From Octopus vulgaris (taxonomy: Eukaryota), in assembly GCA_951406725.2 (NCBI GenBank), contig OX597831.1:9672001-9736000 (forward strand): a stretch of DNA of 64,000 bases, given 5' to 3'. Positions 13,523 through 26,664 of this stretch are shown piece by piece. The notes under the pieces are model-generated. The model had not been told where the DNA came from. It made no database searches and saw only the letters and a program-made list of their open reading frames with translations. The position numbers were made by a program, and so were the translations under genes. How positions within the stretch are numbered: the first letter of the stretch is position 1; each line of letters starts with the position of its first letter.

Positions 13523-14266
13523 AGTAAAGGTTTTTATTTTCATTCCCTTCCAAGTTTTATCCATAATAGTGGTTTGGATTTTGGCTGTTCCTTCTAGCGT
13601 GCCAGGAATCCTATGACGGATACCACTTATGTGTTTAAATGTACGCTGTATTTATATGAATAATATATAGTCTATTAACTAATTTTTCTACAGGCTAAGC
13701 CACTGGTAGTAAAAATTTCTAAAATGTTTATTAACCTGAGATTATTAATTATATATATGTATATATATATATATGTGTGTGTGCATATATATATATATAC
13801 ATACATATATATATATATATGTGTGTGTGTGTGTCTGTGTGTGTGTGTTTGTGTGTGTACATGCATATATATCTATATGTATGCATACATGTACATATGT
13901 ATATATATTTACATATACATATTTATATATATATATACATGCATTCATACATATATACAAATGTGTATATATATACATATATATGTATATATATGCATAT
14001 ATATATGCATAATTGATATATGAATGTATATCTAAAACTCTCCGAGTGTGTGTGTGTGTGTGTGTATGTGTGTGTGTATGTGTGTGTGTGTGTGTGTGTG
14101 TTCATACACATAATTCTATTCTTGACTAAGATATTTATATATTTGTATATTCTTTATTTCGCTGAAAATACCAGCCCGACGTTTTCCCTTTTCAGTCACT
14201 GACACGGAGAGCCGCATATACACACACTGCCACAAATACACTCTAGTATCAGTACAGGATACCTTT

Positions 14267-14312
<46 letters not shown>

Positions 14313-14748
14313 TAATGTTCCACGTCTTTATTGCAGAAAACTCGTCTATCCTTGATTTAGACATTCATATATCTCTGATTTAGTTATAACATAAATAACC
14401 GTAATTGTATATCAGTCTTTCACCTGACAATAGCACTTCAGCTGTTTGTTGTCTACACAGACAACTTTCAAACCCAGACAAGAATAGCTCACACAACGAA
14501 CATACCAGTTTTATTAGATTAGGAAACAAAAGACGAAGCCATATTCCAATATACCATGAGATGTGCATAGAAATAAATATTAAAATCATCTCACGGTGCA
14601 GAAATTTCTCTTTCGATACATACACACCTGCTCACATATCCCCCAAAAGCTATGCATGTATGCACACACACACACACATACACACGCACACACAGACACA
14701 CACACACGCATACACACACACACACGCACACACACACACACACACACC

Positions 14749-14953
14749 ATTACCTGTTTCAGTCGTTGAACTTAGACGACGCTGGCGAAACACCATGAAA
14801 GTTTTAGTCGAATAAATCGAACTTGTGTTTCTTTATTATTGTCTCGTACGTAACCTATCATTCCCTTTTTGCCGAACGTCTAAGTTACGGGAACGAAATC
14901 AATCAAACGCCGGTTGTCAAGGTGATCGAAGACAAACACAGACATACAAATAT

Positions 14954-15007
<54 letters not shown>

Positions 15008-15188
15008 TTATATATATATACATACGTCAGGCTTCTTTTAATTTACCTCTGACAAATCCACTCACAAGACTTTGGTCGGTGCCAGGCTATAGTAGAAGAG
15101 ACTTGCCCAATGTGCCACGCTGTGAGACTGAATCCGGAACTGTGTGGTTGGGAACAGAGCTTCTTACCACATAGCTACACCTGCGCCT
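14749..15188 (-). mobile_element. SINE family A, diverged
   Basis: Reverse complement of the family A head (AGGCGCAGGTGTAGCTATGTGGTAAGAAG), core and 3' half. Confidence 0.8.
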
Positions 15189-15204
15189 GCATATATACAC
15201 ATAC

Positions 15205-15262
<58 letters not shown>

Positions 15263-16389
15263 ATACACATGCATATATATATATATATATACATACATAC
15301 ATACATACATATACACACACACACACACATATATATATATATTATATAAAATATCTATACTTTAGTGTTCAGTTTAAACACCTTCAAACCGTCCAACCAT
15401 TGGCGAACACAACACTTTTCCAGTTTTGAAAATAAGCAACCTAATCAAATTCAAATGCTTCTTCATCAAATTCAGTTATATCAAATCAAATATTACTTGT
15501 ACCACGACAAATTTATTCCAGTCTTAATTCCAACCGTCCGACAAATGGAAACGGGAAACTGAGTAATTGTTTTTTTTTTTGTGATGTTCTTACAGCTTTA
15601 ATTAAAAAGGCATATCACTCTACCTTCGGTATTCCAGTACTATTTCCCCCCCTTTGTTTTGCATTTATGTGCTTACTCCTGTACATACATAAATGCATAA
15701 TACATATGTACATACTTGCATCGCTGCCCCAGCATGGCCACAACTCGTGAGCTGAAACTAGATGAAATGAAAAAAATGAAATGATATATACATGCACACA
15801 CACACACACACAGAGGCACGCATATATATATATATATATATATATATAAACATATAATTCATTCAAATTACCTGAAATGTTTAGATTTGAGCACTCTATA
15901 TGAATGCGCATTTCTGTCTGTCGGTCAGACACACACATACAAACACACACATGTAGGTATGTGATTGTATGTATGCGTGTGTGTGTGTGTGTTTCTGTGT
16001 GCCGAGGTTTATGAATAAATAAGATTTTGCATCTTTATATTATTTGCTTACTCATGTGTCTAATAGCCCGGAGAAAATCGCTGTTGCGGAAAATTTTAAA
16101 CCGTCGTTCTTTTTATAATCTATGTTTTATTGAAATACTACAAATATATATTTTAATGAAAACTAAACACAAAGAGAAATATATTGTATAAAATAACGTA
16201 AATGACAAGTCTTCCCTCGTCTCAGTTATGGAAATAGCGCAAAGGGGCGGAAAGGTTTTCGGGAAGACTTCTGTTGACGATGTTATGCATTATGGAATTT
16301 TTGCGCTCGCTTACGATTCGAAAGAAAAAAATATGCTCGGAATCGCAGGTAGATGCTCATATACATACATGTATGTGAGTAATTTCAAA

Positions 16390-16770
16390 GGTATGGTGGA
16401 ACACAATCTTATCGTAACTGTTGAGGAACTAGCAGAGAAGATAGTATTTGGTCATTCAACCATTCATCGACGCCTGAGTAGAGTCAATGGGTTCCTCACA
16501 AACTTTCCGAGTCAAATCATGCGCAAAGAGTGAATGTGTGCTCTTCTTTGCTGTCGCGTCAAAACCTTTTTGGACCGAAAAGTGACTGGTGACGAGAAGT
16601 GGGTCCTCTATAAAAATGTCGAGTACCGAAGACAGTGATTAGGAAAAGGAGAAACACCGTAGTGTGTTGTACTTTCTTTCGTGGAATATGAGAACTTTAG
16701 TCAACTTTCAACATTGAAACCCAAACCAAGCGGTTTGAGCGGCTGTAGTCGATGCTAGAAGAAAACGATC
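16390..16770 (+). pseudogene. Mariner transposase relic
   Basis: TVEELAEK..GHSTIHRRL, WVPHKLS, FLDRKVTGDEKWVLYKN (first catalytic D); frameshifted. Confidence 0.8.
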
Positions 16771-17046
16771 ACTATATATCTCTGTATATATATATATATA
16801 TAGTTTGTTCACAAATTATCTTTACGGGTTTCCAGAATTTATCAATCAAGTTCTTTGCAACCAATGAAACTCACGTGAAAGTGGTCTGCTATGTCTAACA
16901 AAACTTTAGTTAGCAAATGTTTTCCAATAATCTATGCGTATTTCGGATATATACTTATTTTGCATCTCTTTCTGAATTTTCTAATTGTGAACGTATAGAT
17001 AATCAGTATAGCCATACATACATATATACATTCATAGATACATACA

Positions 17047-17080
<34 letters not shown>

Positions 17081-17110
17081 CACACATACATACATACATA
17101 CATACACACA

Positions 17111-17144
<34 letters not shown>

Positions 17145-17435
17145 CATACATACATGTGTGAGTGTGCGTGGGAATGTGTGTGTATATGTACATATGTATA
17201 TGCGCCTTTATATGTATAAATATATATATATATATATATACCTATATACAAACATACACATACATACTCTTTATCTTATATTAAACTTTTAATACTTTTT
17301 GATAGTTATATAATTTAAAAAAATAATAATAATAAAAACAATTATAATAATAATAATGATATTAATAATAAAATAATAGAAATATTAAAATTACTAAGTC
17401 TCTATAAAAGAGATTACGGCAGCGTTTACTGGAAA

Positions 17436-17740
17436 TTAATTGTTATCGCCATATTAATATGGCATTCTTATAGATATAAGAATAATCGCTGCCGCTGGTC
17501 AGCTCCATGAGGCCACCGCCTTAAGATAGCTATTGATACACGATCTGTATCCATTATAACGCGTCTGTAGCTGTCGGACTGGCAGTGTGAAGCGGCTGAC
17601 CTCCCTTGTTCGAAGGTTATAATGGATACATATCGTGTATCAATAGCTATCTTAAGGCGGTGGCCTCATGGAGCTGACCAGCGGCAGCGATTATTCTTAT
17701 ATCTATAAGAATGCCATATTAATATGGCAATAACAATTAA
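17436..17740. repeat. Near-perfect fold-back: 125-bp arms (17436-17560, 17616-17740), 55-bp spacer
   Basis: Only about 2 mismatches between arms by eye; arms contain nested palindromes. Confidence 0.95.
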
Positions 17741-18028
17741 CAATAAAATATATATATATATATATTTAAAATTTCTAAGTTTAAATTATTAATTTAAATA
17801 ATTTTTAAAATTTTAACTTTAATTTAAATATTTTAATTTGGAATTTTATATTTTATATTTTATATATATATTTTTAATTAATATTATTTCTATGTATTGG
17901 CTTATGGTTTTCACTGTTTGATTTGCCTGATAGTGGTTTTATCTCTAATTTAATATAATATTTATTTATACTATAAAATTAGATTTAATCCTAAATCTAA
18001 TTTTTCCCTGTAAGTTTGGATTTACTCC

Positions 18029-18096
<68 letters not shown>

Positions 18097-18297
18097 TCCA
18101 GACACGCACAATATTCAAACGTACATATGTCTGGCACGTTCAAATGTCAGACTCTACTCAATCCAAAAATATAAATGAAATTGGTAACTAAACATTTCAA
18201 ATAGGATTTTCGTGAAATCATTTCTTATTTGTAAATACACAAACGGCCTTCAATGTTTATAGTGGTGTTCGATATTGCTATCATTTATAATATTGTG

Positions 18298-18530
18298 AAG
18301 GTGACGAACTGGCAGAACGATTAACAGGCTGGGGGAAATGTTTAGCATCATTTCCTCCGTTTTGCGTTCGGATTTCAAAGTTGTCGAGGTCGAGTTTCTC
18401 TTTCATTCTTTGGGGTCGATAAAATATGCTCCAGCCAAGCACTAGGGTCGATGCAATCGACTAACCCCTCTCGCCCGCTCCACCGCTCCCCTAAAAAATG
18501 TTCAGGCCTTGTGCCAACAGCAGAAAGTAT
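18298..18530 (+). mobile_element. SINE family B, diverged, with TSD
   Basis: Head and body motifs; flanking direct repeat ATTTATAATATTG. Confidence 0.75.
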
Positions 18531-19598
18531 TATTTATAATATTGGTTTCATACCGGATTGCTGGGGCACGACAAAAAATATTTTTTTGAAAGCGAACTCC
18601 ACAAATCCGGACCCAAATCCTTGCATTCGGTTTCAACACTCCAGTAGTGATCGACCTGCGGCAGAGCCTATTCAACTTGCATCAACTGATTGGCTGCAGC
18701 CGGACGCACCAGCTCCCCGTCTTCGTCTCCCCATCTAATGTCTTCGGTCATCGTCGACAACGACGGACGAACTAATATACTTTGATACTAGTTTTTACTA
18801 AGTAAATATAAGGATTATATTACATTGCCATAATAGGCATTTATACATACATGTGAACGTGCATGTGGAATTTATACATATATACGTATATAAATGCTCA
18901 CATGTAATTGATTTTGTATAAAATCTGCTTACAAATATTAATATTAATAATATTAAAGTTGCGAATAAGGTTTACTTCCAGCCTTTCTCCACGTCTACTT
19001 TCCCTCATCCTACTCATGGTTATTTAATCAATGGTTTTTATTTATCTTACATATAGTATAAATAAAAATCGTTTTATATTGATTACCACCTATGCTTTGA
19101 TATCTCCATGCTGTATTGTATTGTAGTATTCTCTATCATTGTTATTATCCCGTATTTTTGAAATGTCCACATACCATTTGCTTTATTATTCGTTTGTTTA
19201 TTATACCGTGTTTTGAACTATTTTTTTAATGATTTAATATATTTTTGAAACATTTCCCGTATACAATATAAAGAAATAATTTGTTTTAGCTATATTTGTG
19301 TGCAAACATAAAAATATTTTGTTGCCTTCATAAAACACTAAAAACTCCGACAACATGAAATGATTAGATTTTGGAACGGGGAATCTCGATGCAGTCAAAG
19401 TTGTAAAAACAACGTGTAAATATTGGGTTAAAAACATTTTTAGTAGAATAAGTTGAAGCTGATCCTGGTACTCGAACTCACATCTCCTGTCAACATGATA
19501 TGCGTTAGACAACCTGTCACATGGCTTGCAGCAGTGTGAGTTCGGAAGCAAAGGTTAAGCTCAGACTTTTCTTAACAAAGTAAATAGTATTTACATAA

Positions 19599-19648
<50 letters not shown>

Positions 19649-19834
19649 ATGGGTGTGTGCATATGTGTGTGGCTGTATGGTAAGAAGCTTGCTTCTCAAC
19701 CATATGGTTCAGGGTTCACTTCCATTGCGTGGCATCTTGGGCAAGTGTCTTCTACTATATCTTCGTGCCGACCAAAGCCTTGTGAGTGGATTTGGTAGAC
19801 GGAAAATGAAAGAAGCCCGTCGTATGTATATATA

Positions 19835-21350
19835 TAGTTGCGGCCAAAATATTCAGAACGGCATTGTTTTCGTCAGAAAAGTAAGTATAAGATTTTATCA
19901 AAGTAGTTTTATATTCTATAGTAGTTTTATATTCTATAGTAGTTTTATATTTATTTCACAGACAATAAATACAATATTAATTGTTATTGTCTGAGATTGT
20001 GGTGTAATTTGAGAGGATAATACAAAAGTTATGGATGATTCAGTGATTTACTGGAATTATTTAATATTTAGTGTGAAGCCCTTTAGCTTCAATCGCACTC
20101 TGACATCTTCGACTGCATGAGGAAATTACATTTTCAATTTCTTGCTGGGTGATCTTATTCCATTCGTCCTGAAGGGCATTCCATAATTGCTCAGTTGTTT
20201 TAGGATTTCTGGTTTCGAACGTTCTCTTAGAATATTCCATACATTTTCAATAGGATTAAGATCTGGGCTTTGAGCAGGCCAATCCATAACAATGACCTTT
20301 TCAGCCTTGAGGAAGTTCATAGCCACCTTAGCCTTGTGCCATGGGGCATTGTCCTGCATGAATATGGGTGGTCGCTTAGTTGAATTTCTCAGCACAGGCA
20401 AGACATGATCTTTTACAAGTTGTTTATTAACTCCTGCATTTACCTTTCCATGTAATCACACCAAAGGGCCCACAACATCTCCAGATATCATTCCCCAAAC
20501 CATGACACTTCCTCCACCGAATTTAATACTAGTCTTAAGGCATTTAGGCGACAATTTTTCACCTACTTTTCTACGAACGTACCTTTTCCCATCTGAGCCA
20601 AATAACATAAACTTAGATTCATCACTGAAATGCACCGTTTGCCATTTTTCTTGAGACCACAACACATGTTTGGTTGCAAAGGTAAGACGACACTTTTTAT
20701 TCTTGGAGCTGATCAGTGGCTTCACTGCAGGTGCTCTTGCTTGTAGGTCATGTTCAACTAAACAACGAGACACAGTTTTTCGAGATAAAGTTTTCTTCAA
20801 TACAATGCTCATTTTCCGAGAAACAGCTGCAGCAGTTTTAAATCTGTCCTTTTTAACCAACTTTACCATAGCACGATCTTCTCTCTTGGTCGTTTTTCTT
20901 GGCCTACCTGTAAACCTTCTTGCTTCACACGAACCACAATCGTCGTAGACCTTAAGAATACCGTGTACAACACTTTTTGAATTGTTAACAATCTTTGCAA
21001 TAGATCCAATACTTAAATTATCCTTCCTTCGAAGCTTAATAATCTCCTGACGAATTGGTAACGGAGTAAGTGGCATTATATTAACAAAGTACACTGCAAA
21101 TATTCTAACTAATGTTTAGTAAACGAACCGTCACGTAAACAAATTCAAAACATTAGAGTTCGTCGGTTAAATATACTAAAACACGGAGTATTTTGTATTA
21201 TCCTCTGAAATTACACCAAAACCTCAGGCAATAACAAATAATATTGTATTTACTGTTTGTGAAAATTATAGAATATAAAACAACTTTGATAAAAAATTAT
21301 TTCTACTTTTCTGACGAAAACAATGCCGTTCTGAACATTTTGGCTGCCAC

Positions 21351-21352
<2 letters not shown>
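19835..21352 (-). mobile_element. Tc1 DNA transposon, ~1.5 kb, long TIRs (19835-20027 and 21191-21352)
   Basis: Termini (C/T)AGT(G/T)GC(A/G)GCCAAAAT.TTCAGAACGGCATTGTTTTCGTCAGAAAAGTA in inverted orientation; inserted in a TA run. Confidence 0.93.
20061..21076 (-). pseudogene. Tc1 DD34E transposase with one in-frame stop (20456-20458) and a frameshift near 20215
   Basis: HTH and GRPRKTT, FSDESKF, VMVWG, QDNAPWH-34aa-E (WPAQSPDLNPIENVW), C-terminus GLHTKY. Confidence 0.93.
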
Positions 21353-21435
<83 letters not shown>

Positions 21436-22044
21436 TTGTCCCCTCACCATCGCTTGTCAATCGATGTTGATATATTTACGTCCCTGAAACGTAACGGTTC
21501 GCGAAAAGAGACTGATAGAATAAGTACTAGTCTTAGAAAGAATATGTCCTTGGGTTCATTTCTTCGACTAAAACCGTTGCTCCAGCATGGCTGCAATCAA
21601 ATGACTGAAACAAGTAAAAGAGCATATATATTTACTGTATAAATACATATCATAATGATAGCTATTTTCCAATTTGAATTAAACATAATTAAATATAAAC
21701 AAATGACCGGAAAATGATGAGCTAACCTCAGGCAGAATCGAACTCACAAGTTGACGCTTTCAAGGGTCCTTGCGAAACTGATTGGACAAACGCACACACA
21801 TGGATTTTAGTCAAATTTTGACAATATACACTTAAACTGTTTTGAAACTACATAAATAAATATTTTTATAAACAAACCCGAAATGCTTTCCGAGTTACAA
21901 TGAGAAAGCTAGTATGGAAGGCTCAGAGTATAATAACTGTATATAATATATATCATATATACCCATGAGTTTTGGTTACCTTGACCCAAACCCCTCATAT
22001 CTATATATATATATATTTGATTTTCGGAAAATTCATTCTTGTAT

Positions 22045-22230
22045 GTGTGTTCCCCCACCACCATCGCTTGAGAACCGGTGTTGGTTTGTTTACGTCCTCG
22101 TAACTTAGCTGTTAGGCTAAGAGACCGATAGAATAAGTACTAGCCTTACAAAGAATAAGTCCTAACGTTGATGTGTTCGACTAAAGGCGGTGCTCCAGCA
22201 AGGTCGCAATCAAATGACTGAAAGGATTAA
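22045..22230 (+). mobile_element. SINE family A 3' half
   Basis: TTTACGTCCTCGTAACTTAGC...GATAGAATAAGTACTAG...CAAATGACTGAAA. Confidence 0.8.
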
Positions 22231-22552
22231 GAGAAAAAACGAGAAATCACTTAGAACTTCTATATTTACTGTATTTTTTAAACGGGTGTTCAACAATATT
22301 TATACAAAAATGGTTAACATTATGTTCCTGTAACATTTTTTCTATATCAAACCTTCTCTCTAAATATGTTATTTTATTCTACGTTATCTTTCATTTATTA
22401 TTGTAAACACTTAGGAATTCATATTAAAACAAGTCGGACATTTGAAGTCTATTCGTTGAAGACGGCTATCATAATATCTATTGATTCCTTCCCGAGTTTT
22501 CTGTAGATTAAACAAGTCAGGTAAAGACACAGCATATCTCTCTGGGAAGTCA

Positions 22553-22614
<62 letters not shown>

Positions 22615-22805
22615 CATGAGTTCGCTGTGTGATATATCTGCAAGCTACCTTCATAGAAAGATAGAAACGAATAAGTCTATTGGAAATCTTTGTAAGCGTG
22701 GAGAGGGTGTTTGTACACACACACACACACACACATACATATAGATATACATACAAATGCAGAGCGAGAGAGAGAGAAAGAGAGAGATAGAGAAAGGCGT
22801 TCGTG

Positions 22806-22858
<53 letters not shown>

Positions 22859-23008
22859 TAGTATAAGGTGTGAGTATACACACGTGTATACAAAATTACT
22901 GATGAAGAAAGATACGATAGAAAAAAGAATTTATCATGATGTTATCTTAATGAAATAATATATACGTAGATGTACATATATGAATACACACATACAGACA
23001 CACATATA

Positions 23009-23750
<742 letters not shown>

Positions 23751-23885
23751 ATAAATATATGTATATATATATATATATATACTTATAAACATAAATGTAC
23801 GTTGTATGCATGCATGTATGTGTGTATATATGTATGAATGTATCTATGTACGCATGCATATAGGTATGTATGTATATCTCTCTCG

Positions 23886-24004
<119 letters not shown>

Positions 24005-24014
24005 CATATATATG

Positions 24015-24045
<31 letters not shown>

Positions 24046-24549
24046 TGAGAGAGATATACATACACACCTATATGCCTCCAATCACACATAAATACACACG
24101 TGGAATTTATTTAAGAGATATACGTTGGTATATCATTATGCAAATATATGTGTGCGTGTGTATGTATGTATATATATATTTATATATATGTATGTGTGTG
24201 TGTATGTGTGTGCGAGTGAGTGTTTGTGTATCTATATATTATTTATATTATCATATTCTTATCTATATTTGCATATATCTATATGCATGAATTTATGTAT
24301 ATTAATGAGTTCCGAGAGAGGCGATTTGAGTGGGCGGGAAATCCAAAATATTCCACTCATCCGGTTATGTCAATGGAACTCTACATACATATAGATATGT
24401 GTGTATATACATTATATATACATACACACACATATATACTTTACCTTCTCCGAGCCTCATATAAATACTTTGCTTGTCACGTTTCTTTGTTGTTTTTGTT
24501 TCTCTTGGAATTTTTTAAATTCTTTTTTTTTAATTACACACACACGTAT

Positions 24550-24583
<34 letters not shown>

Positions 24584-24670
24584 GTATGTGTGTGTGCGTG
24601 TATGCATATTGATGCTCATATATATGTCTGTATGTTTATATAAATATATATATGTATGCATGTATGTATG

Positions 24671-24778
<108 letters not shown>

Positions 24779-24780
24779 TA

Positions 24781-24860
<80 letters not shown>

Positions 24861-24977
24861 TATACATATATATATATATACATATATATATACATATATG
24901 TATACGTATACATATATATACATATACAAATATATATATACATATATATATATACATATATATACATATATATATAC

Positions 24978-25014
<37 letters not shown>

Positions 25015-25330
25015 ACGGGAAGCTTTATGAAAATAAACATATATATATATATATATGTCTGTGCGTGAGAGTGTATTTATGTGTGTCTGTATGTATAGAA
25101 AGGCGTTGATAAATATGTCATAAAAGTAATGTAGATGTCATAACGGAGAGACATTGATTATAGATTGTGGTATAGATTGCTACAGTCTCTTGATATTGAT
25201 TAAGCAGTTTTATATTGTTGGTGATCTTGTTTTTGATTGTTAAATTCTCTCACTGTTATCCAATCTCTCTCTTTCTCTTCATATCTCTATCACTGTCTGT
25301 TTGTGCACACACACACACATGTATATATAT

Positions 25331-25434
25331 AAAGTTAATCCAAACAAGGAAACACAAAAAAACCCACACCAACGCGAGGACGTGGAACAAATAAAGTATT
25401 ATTGGACGCTCAGGAAAGAAGGGAAGAAGGAGGG
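25331..25434 (-). mobile_element. Short dispersed repeat in TA tracts, probably a PLE pLTR 3' tail; second copy at 42112-42200 (+)
   Basis: CTTCTTTCCTGAGCGTCCAATAA.ACT.TA.TTGTTCCACGTCCTCGCGTTG shared by both copies, each bounded by (TA)n. Confidence 0.6.
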
Positions 25435-25474
<40 letters not shown>

Positions 25475-25517
25475 CATATACATATACATACATATATATA
25501 TATATAAATATACATAC

Positions 25518-25558
<41 letters not shown>

Positions 25559-26236
25559 CATACATATACATATATACATACATATATATGATCCCGCCGA
25601 GGTCGACTTTGCCTTTCAGTCTATCTGGGTCGAGAAATTAAGTACCAGCTGTGTACTGGGGCCGTCTAATCGACTGGGTCCCTTGTGCCTAGAATAGAGA
25701 ATCATATACACACATACATACATACATTCACTATGCACATGTACACAATATGTCACAGACAAACACACACACAGACACACACACACAAATACACAAAACA
25801 CACTTCATTCCACATAACTCATAATTAGGTTTCTTGTACACATACACACACACGCAAGCCAATGCGTTTCCACACACATGATAACCGCACACATACGTCC
25901 AAATGTACATACACATACACACACACACATACATACCAGTTCATGTAACGCATATCTCTCCACATAGAGTCGCACTTGGTCACTTACACACACACACAGG
26001 TCAATATGTTTTTCAGCTCGCCCACACATATATACTCACATACCCCCATTCATACATATACACTTACAAACACCATTCTCACATACACACGCGTGTGCCA
26101 CAGCAAATTCTTTCGGCCGATTCACCATTATTATCTTCATTTTATTCAACATCGTTTTTTTCTGGCTATTTCATCATATTTGACATTTTTTTCTCTCTAT
26201 CTCTCCGGTTTTTTTTTTCATTCTGTTTCCTCTCAA

Positions 26237-26360
26237 TCATTTCTCATGAAGAGCGTGGACTCGTAACATAAAAGACGTTTCTTTGCTTCCCGAGTCTTAA
26301 ACTAATACACTTGCTTGTTTTCCTTACACCTGGGTTCGTCTTTTGTTTTCTTCAAATGAC
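26237..26360 (+). mobile_element. pLTR-like repeat with a decayed hammerhead (26237-26275); tail also at about 59395-59465
   Basis: UUU-CUCAUGA-A-GAG(CGUGGA)CUC-GUAAC-AUA-AAAGA, three core substitutions; tail AAACTAAT.CAC.TGCTTGTT...TTCGTCTTTTGTTTT. Confidence 0.45.
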
Positions 26361-26616
26361 AACCGTTCTGAATCACACTCTCTGTCATTTTGCTTTGTTT
26401 TGTTTTACTTCTCTCTCTGCACTGAATCCGCCGCTAAAAGAATATTGTTTGCGGGCACCGCCATTTGTGAAGCCCCCAGTCTTAACGTTAAAGATGCGAA
26501 ACTGTGCTTTAGCAATTTGTTGTTAACTGATGAAGAATTGGGGATCTTTTTTGTCTGTCTCCCGTCCGATTTTACACTTAGTATACGTTGTGCCGTATGT
26601 TTATTTACTATACATT

Positions 26617-26664
<48 letters not shown>

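Larger units (their letters stand above)
13060..13633. mobile_element. ~570-bp fold-back element (arms about 13060-13325 and 13384-13633) made of two divergent HHR-bearing pLTR-like copies
   Basis: Arms are reverse complements, e.g. GGTATCCGTCATAGGATTCCTG / CAGGAATCCTATGACGGATACC, with a ~58-bp spacer; each arm contains a hammerhead. Confidence 0.85.
19660..21620 (+). mobile_element. SINE family A split by a Tc1 insertion (5' half 19660-19825, 3' half 21420-21620)
   Basis: 5' half ends at GAAGCCCGTCGTA(TA)n; 3' half resumes after the (TA)n(TG)n tract exactly as in the copy at 1504. Confidence 0.85.

Noticed and set aside
26465-26545. Possible type-II hammerhead (GAAAC-UGU-GCU, hairpin UUAGCAA/UUGUUAA, CUGAUGA)
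   Set aside because: U16.1 is missing and helix II cannot close next to the core; probably chance.
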